Origin: a virus
Lineage: Duplodnaviria; Caudoviricetes
Reading direction: 5' to 3' (one strand)
Length of the DNA stretch: 64,000 bases
Virus record (IMG/VR): IMGVR_UViG_3300029705_006902
Coordinates: 1-64,000 of that record
The position numbers and the translations under genes are program-made. The notes beneath the pieces are model-generated. The model made no database searches, had not been told where the DNA came from, and saw nothing but the letters and a program-made list of their open reading frames with translations. Within the stretch, counting starts at the first letter, position 1, and each line of letters starts with the position of its first letter. Shown one piece after another: positions 27,505 to 36,267 of this stretch.

Positions 27505-28808
27505 CTGTGTGCTCCTTTTCTCATCAATTCAGCTTGTCTTGCTCTTTCTTTCATTTCAGGTGTCCAACTGTCTTTTCGTGAAATAGGGACCCAGGTTTTC
27601 GTGACCGCATCTCCGTTTTTTAAGAAAAAAACTACTTTATAGTTATTTTCAATTTTAATTTGCTTAATCTGTGCCTTGATGTATTCTTCGTCGAAAAAAT
27701 CTATACCCAGGATATCCAAGGTTAAGGTTTTCAGCGTCTCTTCCGGGATAGCCTTTGAAGCACAGATGCTTTTTCCTTTGGTGTTATAAGTGTTGCAAAT
27801 ATAAACTACTCTTTTGCTCGTCACTTTTCTTCTATAGGTGTCACCGCAGTTGCCACAAACAAGCAATCCCGAAAAAGTATAAAGGTTCTTTTTTCTTCCC
27901 TTTGGTGAATGCTTGTCAGCTCTCCGTATTAATTCTGCTTGAACCAGGTCAAATTCTTCCTGGCTGACAATAGCCGGATGACTGTTTTCAACATAATATT
28001 GCTGCTTTTCACCATTGTTATATACTTTTTTCTTTGTGATGTGGTTTTCTATGTATGTTGTCTGCAACATCAAATTTCCGGTATAAGAAAGGTTTTGAAG
28101 AATGCACCTTACGCTTGATTTACCCCAGGGTTTCTCATGTCTTGTTTTTGCTCCTTGTAAATTCAGCGTTTGGGCTATAGCTTCAAGCCCCATACCATCA
28201 AGGAAAGAAGTGAAAATAAACCTTACTGTTTCAGCTTCTTTTGGTTCAATTTCAAATTCACCATTTTTACATCTGTAGCCGAGCATTGTGCAGTTCCAGG
28301 GCAGTCCTTTTTCAAAATTCTGCTTCACCCTCCATTTTTGGTTTTGGCTCACAGAAAGACTCTCTTCCTGGGCAAACGATGCAAGGATGGTGAGGAGCAA
28401 TTCTCCAGCACCACTCATTGTATGAATGTTCTGTTCTTCAAAAAACACATCAACACCGAGTTCTTTTAGCTCTCGAACCGTCTGCAATAAGGTCAGCGTA
28501 TTGCGAGCAAATCGTGATATGGACTTGGTTACTATCATATCAATTTTTCCTTTTCGGCAGTCATCAATCATCCTCTGAAACCCTTCACGATTAACCTTTG
28601 TACCGCTGATTGCTTCATCGGTATAAATTCCGGCAAAAGACCATTCGGGGTTGGACTGTATGAAACTGTTATAATAACTGATTTGTGCTGCCAAAGAATG
28701 AAGCATTGCATCTTTACCAGAAGACACCCTGGTATACGCAGCAACTTTCTTTAGCCTTGCAATGCTCAATGTATCAAACGCTACCCGTTCAATTACTCTT
28801 TCCATCAA
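27501..28808 (-). CDS. Large serine recombinase (435 aa), coupled to the previous one
   Basis: KVAAYTRVSS, TKSISRFARN, CGNCG zinc ribbon; ATGA overlap with 25924-27504. Confidence 0.95.
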   Translation of the reverse strand: MMERVIERVAFDTLSIARLKKVAAYTRVSSGKDAMLHSLAAQISYYNSFIQSNPEWSFAGIYTDEAISGTKVNREGFQRMIDDCRKGKIDMIVTKSISRFARNTLTLLQTVRELKELGVDVFFEEQNIHTMSGAGELLLTILASFAQEESLSVSQNQKWRVKQNFEKGLPWNCTMLGYRCKNGEFEIEPKEAETVRFIFTSFLDGMGLEAIAQTLNLQGAKTRHEKPWGKSSVRCILQNLSYTGNLMLQTTYIENHITKKKVYNNGEKQQYYVENSHPAIVSQEEFDLVQAELIRRADKHSPKGRKKNLYTFSGLLVCGNCGDTYRRKVTSKRVVYICNTYNTKGKSICASKAIPEETLKTLTLDILGIDFFDEEYIKAQIKQIKIENNYKVVFFLKNGDAVTKTWVPISRKDSWTPEMKERARQAELMRKGAHR

Positions 28809-28831
28809 AAATCACCTCCTTGGTATGACAC

Positions 28832-28862
28832 ATATTACCTCTGTTATCTATTATTATCCAGT
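28832..28862 (-). promoter_or_regulatory. Phage-type promoter upstream of the recombinase pair
   Basis: ACTGGATA-17-TAATAT, same motif and spacing as the four promoters at 53.6-57.7 kb. Confidence 0.6.
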
Positions 28863-28865
28863 AAA

Positions 28866-29024
28866 TTACAAACATAAAGTACACGAATTTAAGCCGTATT
28901 TTTTGAGCATAATTGTATCAATTTTGTCGTACTCTTCTTCGTTTATTATGCCTTTTTCAAGCATAGATTTAGCCAAAGACATCGTAACAATGTACGCATT
29001 TTTCTTCTCATTCAGATCTAACAT
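28866..29024 (-). CDS. Small SHOCT-like protein (52 aa; not in the ORF track)
   Basis: MLDLNEKKNAYIVTMSLAKSMLEKGIINEEEYDKIDTIMLKKY...; RBS GAAAGGGTG. Confidence 0.65.
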   Translation of the reverse strand: MLDLNEKKNAYIVTMSLAKSMLEKGIINEEEYDKIDTIMLKKYGLNSCTLCL

Positions 29025-29397
29025 CGTTTTCACCCTTTCTTATGTGGTCAAGGTAGCAGTCACGGCTGCAATATTTTTGTGAGGGACGTTTAATCGGCAA
29101 AAAACTCTGTCCGCAATGTTCACAGAACTTAGGTTTAATAAATCGATGCTTTATTATTTTTCTATTTCGATTCCACCATTTTGTTTTGCACTCCTCTGAA
29201 CAGTATTTTTTCGACTTTCTGCCTGGTGTTTGAACGATAGGTTCACCACAATATCTGCATTTGCCACTGCCGACCTTATTTCGGGTACAATATGATTTTA
29301 TGGTTCCGGTAGGAAGATTAAGCTCAATTGCGATTGCTTTATAGCCTTTACCCTTGGAGCGTAAATCCCATATCTTTTTTTCTTCAAGTTCGGTCAT
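29008..29397 (-). CDS. HTH plus zinc-finger protein (129 aa), recombinase-associated
   Basis: LRSKGKGYKAIAIELNL..GTIKSYC (sigma-r4-like HTH); CRYCG...YCSEEC and CEHCG...YCSRDC. Confidence 0.8.
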   Translation of the reverse strand: MTELEEKKIWDLRSKGKGYKAIAIELNLPTGTIKSYCTRNKVGSGKCRYCGEPIVQTPGRKSKKYCSEECKTKWWNRNRKIIKHRFIKPKFCEHCGQSFLPIKRPSQKYCSRDCYLDHIRKGENDVRSE

Positions 29398-29542
29398 AAC
29401 AGCACCTCCTTCACCATATGGAGAAAAAGAGAGTTTTTGTCAGGGTGTTTTATAGCTGTTTTCAGAATTTTTTTATAAAAATGGGTAAAAAAATATACCC
29501 ATCGAGGTTTTTACACCTTAATGGGTATCCGAATCGGTATTA

Positions 29543-29701
29543 TCAGAACAATTTCCCGACAATCCATAAAATACATATAATAGCAACTATCCAAACTAAA
29601 AGGTTCGCATTCTCACCACTACCATTTCCACCGCTTTTATTACTGCCTCCGTTATTGGAAGATGTCATCTTAAAAGCATAAAAATCGTTTAGATCAGGCA
29701 T
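29543..29701 (-). CDS. Small membrane protein (52 aa from MPDLNDF)
   Basis: 8-bp overlap with the upstream stop; Gly/Ser linker plus a C-terminal TM helix. Confidence 0.55.
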   Translation of the reverse strand: MPDLNDFYAFKMTSSNNGGSNKSGGNGSGENANLLVWIVAIICILWIVGKLF

Positions 29702-31646
29702 TGGTTTCCTCTGTGCAATCTTCAACCATCGCTTCAAGAATTGTTTCACCCGAAGGTAAGGCGAAGGGTTCTCTCTCACTTATAACGGAGTCAAAGTAAG
29801 GGGTAAGAAAAACACGGATGGTTTCTTCTTGTTTCTCTGCTTTTAATATTTTACCAAACAACGGCTTGAATTCTTTTTGTGGAATTTCATCGAGCTTTTC
29901 GATGAGCTTATCCATTTCAGTGGCATCGAGCAAATATTCACCAATTAAGCACGATACTACTGCATTGAAAAGTCTGCCGATTATTTCAGCATCATCTTCT
30001 CGTAGCGCATCGCCCACGAGGTCTATGGCTTTCGAGCTTACCATACCACCAACAAAACCACCAACGATTCCGACTGCTGTTCCTACACCGGGAGCAACAG
30101 CTGTTCCGGCTGCCCCCGCAACTTTGGCGGCAACAACCCCGGCGGCTAAAGCACCACCAGCTCCACCTGCGATAGAGCCAATAAGTACAGACATATTTTT
30201 GGCATATTGCGCCACAGAAATTTTTCTTGAAGCAACCTTATATGTTTCAGGAATTGAAAAAACGGCAAAAGAAAGAGCCGAGGTTACAGCATTGCTTCGA
30301 AGAATTTTTGCTAAATGTTTTGATGCGGCAATACCATAAATTGCACTTTTACCGGACAGCGCCCTTATGCCATTTACGATAGTAGCTGATGCCTGGAAAC
30401 CTAACTTTTGAACAACAAACTGACTTGGGGCCATTAATGCGTTGGCAAGTCCCGTTCTTGCAATCTGCGAAACAACCATATGTTGAACGAAAGAAATACC
30501 GAACACTTGAAGACCGGCAGAAACACCTGCCTTAACAGCCTCCTTAATATCCCCGGTTCTGCGCCAGGTAAGAAAAACTGTAGCAACGAAGGTTATACCA
30601 AAAGCACAGCTACAAATAACGGCTCCGGTTGCAGCATCATAAGCAATAGATTCAACCGTGCCAGGCTTTGTGAGATTTACAGCCTGTTTATATGTTAATC
30701 GTCCTTTGCGAACAATCTTTTTTGCATCAGCAGGGTCAGTAACACCTGGAACCTTTCCTTGCTTGATTTTCATTTCAAACCTATTAAGGACAGCCTCGTA
30801 TTGGTCTTTGGGAACTTCAAGCTGCATAGGCTTATTACCATTCATATAACGATACATTCCTGTTTCGCTACTGAAACAAGCCTCGCAAGAGCCTGTTGCT
30901 GATTTGTAGTATTTTGTCTGTATAAAAGCTCTGTCTACCCAACGGTCAGCACCATCTTTTGCATTATCTCTACCTATAACAAAAGCCTCATGCCCCAACA
31001 TTTTATCCATTATTGTAATTGCTTCTTCCGCCATTTCACCATGTCCGGCAGGAGAATTGATAGCAGACTTCTGTTCAACAAAAACTGCTGAATCTGCTGA
31101 TTGCCACGCAGCGACATCAAGAGGTACAACTTTAGCAAGTAATTCTTCGATGTCTCGGTCTTCCATAAGGAAATCAAAAGCGTCGGGCTCATCGGTTGCT
31201 TTGCTTGATTCGGCTAAAGATTTACATCCATTTATAAAATGTTCTGTACATTGGGGTTCAACCATCAAGGCTCTGTTTTCTTCAGCGTCATCACTAACGA
31301 ACCAAGATGGCTCAAAATCCTCCCAACGATAGTAGAAAAGGTGCGATTTTGCTTTTTCCTTTTTACCATCTTTGTTTTTTACCTTTTTGGCTATAACATC
31401 AACATTGGTTTTTATGAAAACGCCCTCATCGGTGCAGACTATACCACTTGGGCGCAAATCAAACTCTGCATCTGCCCACAATATCTGTTGCTCTCTTGGA
31501 ATGGGAAAAATCTCTTTTATTTTTGACTTTTTTCCTTTGTTAAGTTCAACGGGTGATTTACCAAGGGCATCAACAACTATTTGAGCCATTGGGTGTAACT
31601 CTGCAGAAATTTCTGTTGCATTGTCAGGAGTTTCTTTCGTAGCCAT
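29694..31646 (-). CDS. Hypothetical moron protein (650 aa): possible PD-(D/E)xK-like domain plus glycine-zipper membrane segment
   Basis: GHGEMAE...DNAKDGADR...IQTKYY; hydrophobic GGAGGALAAGVVAAKVAGAAG...GGFVGG; own promoter. Confidence 0.75.
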   Translation of the reverse strand: MATKETPDNATEISAELHPMAQIVVDALGKSPVELNKGKKSKIKEIFPIPREQQILWADAEFDLRPSGIVCTDEGVFIKTNVDVIAKKVKNKDGKKEKAKSHLFYYRWEDFEPSWFVSDDAEENRALMVEPQCTEHFINGCKSLAESSKATDEPDAFDFLMEDRDIEELLAKVVPLDVAAWQSADSAVFVEQKSAINSPAGHGEMAEEAITIMDKMLGHEAFVIGRDNAKDGADRWVDRAFIQTKYYKSATGSCEACFSSETGMYRYMNGNKPMQLEVPKDQYEAVLNRFEMKIKQGKVPGVTDPADAKKIVRKGRLTYKQAVNLTKPGTVESIAYDAATGAVICSCAFGITFVATVFLTWRRTGDIKEAVKAGVSAGLQVFGISFVQHMVVSQIARTGLANALMAPSQFVVQKLGFQASATIVNGIRALSGKSAIYGIAASKHLAKILRSNAVTSALSFAVFSIPETYKVASRKISVAQYAKNMSVLIGSIAGGAGGALAAGVVAAKVAGAAGTAVAPGVGTAVGIVGGFVGGMVSSKAIDLVGDALREDDAEIIGRLFNAVVSCLIGEYLLDATEMDKLIEKLDEIPQKEFKPLFGKILKAEKQEETIRVFLTPYFDSVISEREPFALPSGETILEAMVEDCTEETNA

Positions 31647-31675
31647 AATAAGCCTCCGTTTTCTTTGATACTTTA

Positions 31676-31703
31676 ATTATATAATTTTTTTCAGCGAAAT
31701 CAA
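31676..31703 (-). promoter_or_regulatory. Sigma-70/A promoter of the 650-aa moron
   Basis: TTGATT-16-TATAAT. Confidence 0.55.
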
Positions 31704-31754
31704 TAGGTGTGTGCGTTAGTAGATAGTCAAGTCCTATAAAACGGACTCACAAAA

Positions 31755-31796
31755 CAAAAAAAACGCCCACCGAACCGGTTAAGGCACGATGGGCGT
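31755..31796 (-). terminator. Terminator after the endolysin
   Basis: ACGCCCA/TGGGCGT stem with a U-tract on the minus strand. Confidence 0.7.
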
Positions 31797-31801
31797 AATG
31801 G

Positions 31802-32875
31802 TTAGTTGGGGATTTTAAGTTTCTGACCCTCATAAATTGTATCGTTCTTGAGATTGTTGAGCTTTACAATTTCGGTATATCTTAAACCGCTGCCGAGCTT
31901 GGCTTTGGCAATATCCCAAAGGGTATCATTTTCTTTCACTGTGTAAGTAGTATACGCAGGAGTGGTTGTAGTTGTGGTTGTAGTCTTACCCACAAGCGTG
32001 AGATTTTCAATAGCTACCCAGGTGTTAATACCATCCTCGGTCTTTCCGGTCTTTTTATTAACCTTTTCACCAAGAAGAACACAAGTCTTGCCGCCCTTCT
32101 TCACAGCCTTGCCATTCGACTTGGTCTGTGTAACGATGTGGTAATAATCATCCTTTACCCATTCGGGAATAGTAGAAGAAGAAGGATTGTACTTCTTTGC
32201 AGATTCCTTAAATGCGACCTTTGTGCCTTCCTTGAATGTAGCCTTCGAGGTGGTGGTTGTTCCCGTTGTAGGTGTCGCAGGCTTTGTTGTAGTTGATGTT
32301 TCGGTCTTTTTATCTGCATCAAGAGCTTTCTTGACGTCTGCTCTGAAGGTATCCATAGACTTACCATGTTTGGGAAACCAATGCATAACATCACCGTGGT
32401 TAGTAGCGATACCTTTCTTATAACCTTCGCTGTGGCAGATAATGTTATCAGCTGTAAGACCGTAGAGTTTGCAGAGATATACACAGAGTTCAACAGCTTC
32501 TTTGTAAACCTTATTGAAGTAGGTCTTATCGGTAAGACCATCCTCGCAGATTTCAAAGCCGATGTGTGTGTTGTTGGCAGCCCCACCTGCGTGCCAGCCT
32601 CTGTGGTCCCAAGGCAATGTTTGGTACGTCGCAATGCTGCCATCCTTGAGTTTACCGATAAAAGCGTGACAGCAAATCTGTCTGCCACCGGGGGTATAAG
32701 TATTCCAGTGGTTACCATAGGTGTTTACACCAAGGTAACCATCATCAGGACCGACATAACGCTTCAACCAGGGGTTATTAGCCCCGGTTGAATGAACCAT
32801 TATGCCTTTGACCTTGATTTTCTGATTCGCCTTGTAACAGGCGTTGTTAGTGAGAATCTGTTTCTTCAGTTCCAT
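31802..32875 (-). CDS. Endolysin: N-acetylmuramoyl-L-alanine amidase (Amidase_2) with C-terminal LysM (357 aa from MELKKQIL)
   Basis: GIMVHSTG, GWHAGG, IGFEICE, IICHSEG..HGD; YTVKENDTLWDIA LysM; overlaps the holin end by 29 nt. Confidence 0.92.
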   Translation of the reverse strand: MELKKQILTNNACYKANQKIKVKGIMVHSTGANNPWLKRYVGPDDGYLGVNTYGNHWNTYTPGGRQICCHAFIGKLKDGSIATYQTLPWDHRGWHAGGAANNTHIGFEICEDGLTDKTYFNKVYKEAVELCVYLCKLYGLTADNIICHSEGYKKGIATNHGDVMHWFPKHGKSMDTFRADVKKALDADKKTETSTTTKPATPTTGTTTTSKATFKEGTKVAFKESAKKYNPSSSTIPEWVKDDYYHIVTQTKSNGKAVKKGGKTCVLLGEKVNKKTGKTEDGINTWVAIENLTLVGKTTTTTTTTPAYTTYTVKENDTLWDIAKAKLGSGLRYTEIVKLNNLKNDTIYEGQKLKIPN

Positions 32876-33290
32876 TGCTGTTTTCCTCGTCTTTCTCTTC
32901 TTCGTTAATCTGTTCGAGAATTTCCTTGAGCTTCTTGGGGTAAGGCATACCGAGAGTTGCCGTGTTCTCAAGAATTGAAATACCTTCATTCGACAGATAG
33001 AAGAAGATAACTGCCGAGCGAAGAACCCCTGCATCACCGAGAATGTAAACATCAAGGATATTGCCTACACCCACGAGTAGGAAAATAAGCACCTTTTTGA
33101 AGATGCCCGTAAAACCTACTCTGCTTGAGAGGGTTTTGTTGCTGATGGCTACCATAATGCCACTCACATAATCGATTACCACAAAGGCAATGAGGGCATA
33201 AAGGAAACCATCAAAGCCTCCGAGGAACCAACCTACGACTCCACCGAAAGCTGTGAATGCTGCTTGAATTACTGTCCAGATGTTTTTCAT
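32847..33290 (-). CDS. Phage holin (toxin-secretion/holin family 4 type; 147 aa from MKNIWT)
   Basis: GWFLGGFDG...VIDYVSG...GIFKK...FYLSNEGISILEN; RBS AGGAGG. Confidence 0.92.
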   Translation of the reverse strand: MKNIWTVIQAAFTAFGGVVGWFLGGFDGFLYALIAFVVIDYVSGIMVAISNKTLSSRVGFTGIFKKVLIFLLVGVGNILDVYILGDAGVLRSAVIFFYLSNEGISILENTATLGMPYPKKLKEILEQINEEEKDEENSNGTEETDSH

Positions 33291-33360
33291 AGTTTTTTGC
33301 CTCCTTTGACAAAAATTTTTTATATTAAAAAAAGGCACCCTGGACGAGTACCTAATTTCC

Positions 33361-33729
33361 TTATGTTAGCCAACCGGGTCTTTCCGGTATTAGCAAGGTT
33401 TCTGTAACATCAAGCCAGGCTTGATACCACAATTGAAGTTCTGCAACTTGCGTTTCTGAAAGCATCTCATACCATAGTTGGCCTCTGTTAATAATTGGAA
33501 AGCACTGCTGTTCTCTCTCAAAACGAAGGTCATCAAGGATATGCTGATTGTCAAGTTGTAAGCGTTTATCTTCATCAAAAATAAGAACACCATCTTTTAC
33601 TTGATAGGCTTCGAAGTTCACTTCAAAGTGTTCAAGGTCAGAAGGTGCTTCAATTTCTATTCCGTTTGTTAGATTCCCTATTTCGGCATAGCTTTGAACA
33701 TAGCCGTTTTCATTGATGCGTATTTGCAT
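33361..33729 (-). CDS. Probable tail-fibre assembly/chaperone protein (122 aa)
   Basis: Follows the fibre gene; C-terminal WYQAWLDVT...P..P. Confidence 0.5.
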   Translation of the reverse strand: MQIRINENGYVQSYAEIGNLTNGIEIEAPSDLEHFEVNFEAYQVKDGVLIFDEDKRLQLDNQHILDDLRFEREQQCFPIINRGQLWYEMLSETQVAELQLWYQAWLDVTETLLIPERPGWLT

Positions 33730-33742
33730 TATTTATTTCACC

Positions 33743-36253
33743 TCAATTCACACCGAATACTCTTGATATATAACCATCAGAACTTCGTGTTGAAATTGTA
33801 ACTGTTCCGGTTGTACCAGAATAAGACAACGTAAATGCTACATAATTCACTTCATCGGCAAATTGATATTTAAGTCCCGATGTTGTAATCATAGATTTCG
33901 GAGTTATCATAGTGCAAACCGCAGAGCCATCTTTCGGTCGCCCCATGATGATGTATGCCTTGTGACTACCATAAGTAAAAGTAGCGGACCCCTCCGTAAG
34001 CGTTCCTTTATACAAACTCGTACAAGCAAGGCCGAGGTTGCTTCGTGCATCTGCCGCCGATGTCGCACCTGTACCGCCTTTACCCAAAGGAATGGTAGCT
34101 CCACCCGAATGATAAACTTGGTAGCGTGTTCCGGGATGGGTCTGGTGTTCAACGTTCGGAGCATAGTATAATGTACCAGAAGCAGAATAAAGTCTGTCCC
34201 AGGTTGTTGCACTTCTGTAAAAGTTTATACCTTCACCTTGAGAGTCTACAGCATCTTTGAAATATAAGCCGTTAATATTTATGATATCAGAGTTCTGCAT
34301 ATCTATGCCGTAAGCATCATCTACCCAATACTGACCTCCCGTTACTTTTATAATTTTAGGGGCTATGGTTTGTCCATTTATTATGTTAGCAATAGCATTT
34401 GCAACTGTTGTAGCCCCTGTACCGCCTTTCGCAATAGGAACCGCAGAGGATAATGATGAAGGTGCAACAGAACCGGAAAAAGAAGTTGCTGTAACCGCAC
34501 CGGATATTTTTGTATCACCCACAACGTGGAGAGCTGCAGTGGGATTTGGGGTATTGATACCTACTTTTTGTTTTCTCAAGGCTACAAGAGGTGTACCTTG
34601 CGGAACAACATAATAAAGATCAAGCGAGGACGAGGAGCCTAAACTATCTCGTATTTGTATGTGAAAGTCATAAGAGCTTCCCGCATCGAGAGAACAAAGC
34701 TCAAGATTTGAAAATGAGAAAGACGAACCACTCTTGGTAACCGATGAAAGAATGCTCACATATGAGCCATAGCTACTTGCATTGGTTTTCTTGTACCTAT
34801 ACCTTACATAGGTTAAACTATTTTTCTGCGTACTGCTTACGGTCACGGGGGAAATTGTACCGCTGAAAGTAAGTTGCATTTCGGCTTCAATTTCATTGGT
34901 TCGTCTTAATGATAAAGATGAAACTTTCGGCTTTGCATAAGCAATAACCGTAATATCCATACTTTTACTTACCGTGTAACCTCTTGAGTCGGTCGCTGTT
35001 ACAACGACACTTAAAGTACCGGATTTTGAAATAGCACCAACGGTTAAAGCAGCACCTGTTGTATTCGATTTCGTCACTCCGTTACAAGTAGCAGAATATT
35101 TTACAATGCTTGCTCCGTTTTTTGCTGTAGCGGTAGCCGGGGTTACTTGTAAAGTAGAATAACCTTGTATAAAAAGTTGGTTATTTCCCGTAACTCCTGT
35201 GGTAGTTGTGTTCGTATCAGCCACTGTAAAGGCCCCTATCGTGGGTGAGGAATTACCCGATGAAGTTTGAACAGTAGCTGTTTTTGACGATGCCGAACCA
35301 ATCTGTGTTGAGCCGTTCAATGTTGTAAGCACGAATGTTCCCGTGAAAGATTTGATGCTCGCCATCGCATTGAGAAGGGTTGTTCTTTGTGCAGAGGTCA
35401 AGGTTATCGTATTATCCGTTGTTCCCTTTGTAAGGGTAATACCGGTAATTGTAAGATAAGTTGTGCTGCCGTTTTTAATAGCCAAGGTGTGGCTATATGA
35501 CGCTTCATAAACCGTTGTTTTCAGAGTTATTTTTACTGTGGATGCATCAGCCGTTACCGTACCGACCGAAGATAAAACCGAACCGCCGAGGGTTTTGGCA
35601 GTTGTTGCTGACGAAGTACCATACACATGGTTACTTTGTTTTCTTGCTTTTACCTTTACCGAATAAGAAGTGTTCGGCGTAAGACCGGAAAGAGATATAC
35701 TTGCACTCGTTCCGGCAGTCGTTGAAAACTGCGTCCAAGAAGAACCTCCGTTTGTGCTGTACTGCCATATATCGGCTTTAGCGGATGATGTGGCTGAAAT
35801 CTTAAAGCCGTTAGCTGTTATTGAACCTACAGTACATTTAATGGTGGGTGCAGTACGGTCGATTGCATCGAGGCTTATTGTTGCCGATGCGGTAATTGTA
35901 CCTATTGAAGTTCCGGCATAAGTACCATCGAAACGCCAAGAGGCAGACAGTTTGACCCCAGTCTTTGTACCATCGCTGTTATGATTTACTCGTACTTTTT
36001 TTGTTTTTAACAGCTTCGAATGAGCCGTTGATGAATCATCCTCCGAAACGGCGGGACTTGAGAACGTTTCGCTTGTTCCGTTAATTGAAACCGTGCAGTC
36101 ATCTCTTGCACCTACATAAAGGGATGCATATTTCAGATAGACCTTTAAGGTAACATCAGAATAGTTTCCCGTAACGCTTTGTGTGGCTGACCAGGTACAG
36201 TACAAGCCAAGATATGTAGACGGATATTTTGAAAAATTACCACTCAATGCCAT
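33743..36253 (-). CDS. Tail fibre/receptor-binding minor structural protein (DUF859-like, 836 aa)
   Basis: N-terminal W..TQSVTGNYSDVT; Ser/Thr-rich beta/FN3-like body; two P(I/L)xKGGTGAT fibre motifs; position after Tal. Confidence 0.7.
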   Translation of the reverse strand: MALSGNFSKYPSTYLGLYCTWSATQSVTGNYSDVTLKVYLKYASLYVGARDDCTVSINGTSETFSSPAVSEDDSSTAHSKLLKTKKVRVNHNSDGTKTGVKLSASWRFDGTYAGTSIGTITASATISLDAIDRTAPTIKCTVGSITANGFKISATSSAKADIWQYSTNGGSSWTQFSTTAGTSASISLSGLTPNTSYSVKVKARKQSNHVYGTSSATTAKTLGGSVLSSVGTVTADASTVKITLKTTVYEASYSHTLAIKNGSTTYLTITGITLTKGTTDNTITLTSAQRTTLLNAMASIKSFTGTFVLTTLNGSTQIGSASSKTATVQTSSGNSSPTIGAFTVADTNTTTTGVTGNNQLFIQGYSTLQVTPATATAKNGASIVKYSATCNGVTKSNTTGAALTVGAISKSGTLSVVVTATDSRGYTVSKSMDITVIAYAKPKVSSLSLRRTNEIEAEMQLTFSGTISPVTVSSTQKNSLTYVRYRYKKTNASSYGSYVSILSSVTKSGSSFSFSNLELCSLDAGSSYDFHIQIRDSLGSSSSLDLYYVVPQGTPLVALRKQKVGINTPNPTAALHVVGDTKISGAVTATSFSGSVAPSSLSSAVPIAKGGTGATTVANAIANIINGQTIAPKIIKVTGGQYWVDDAYGIDMQNSDIININGLYFKDAVDSQGEGINFYRSATTWDRLYSASGTLYYAPNVEHQTHPGTRYQVYHSGGATIPLGKGGTGATSAADARSNLGLACTSLYKGTLTEGSATFTYGSHKAYIIMGRPKDGSAVCTMITPKSMITTSGLKYQFADEVNYVAFTLSYSGTTGTVTISTRSSDGYISRVFGVN

Positions 36254-36267
36254 AGCTTTTTACCTCC

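Noticed and set aside
29818-30339. 173-aa plus-strand ORF
   Set aside because: Antisense to the Gly/Ala-rich part of the 650-aa gene; no independent signals.
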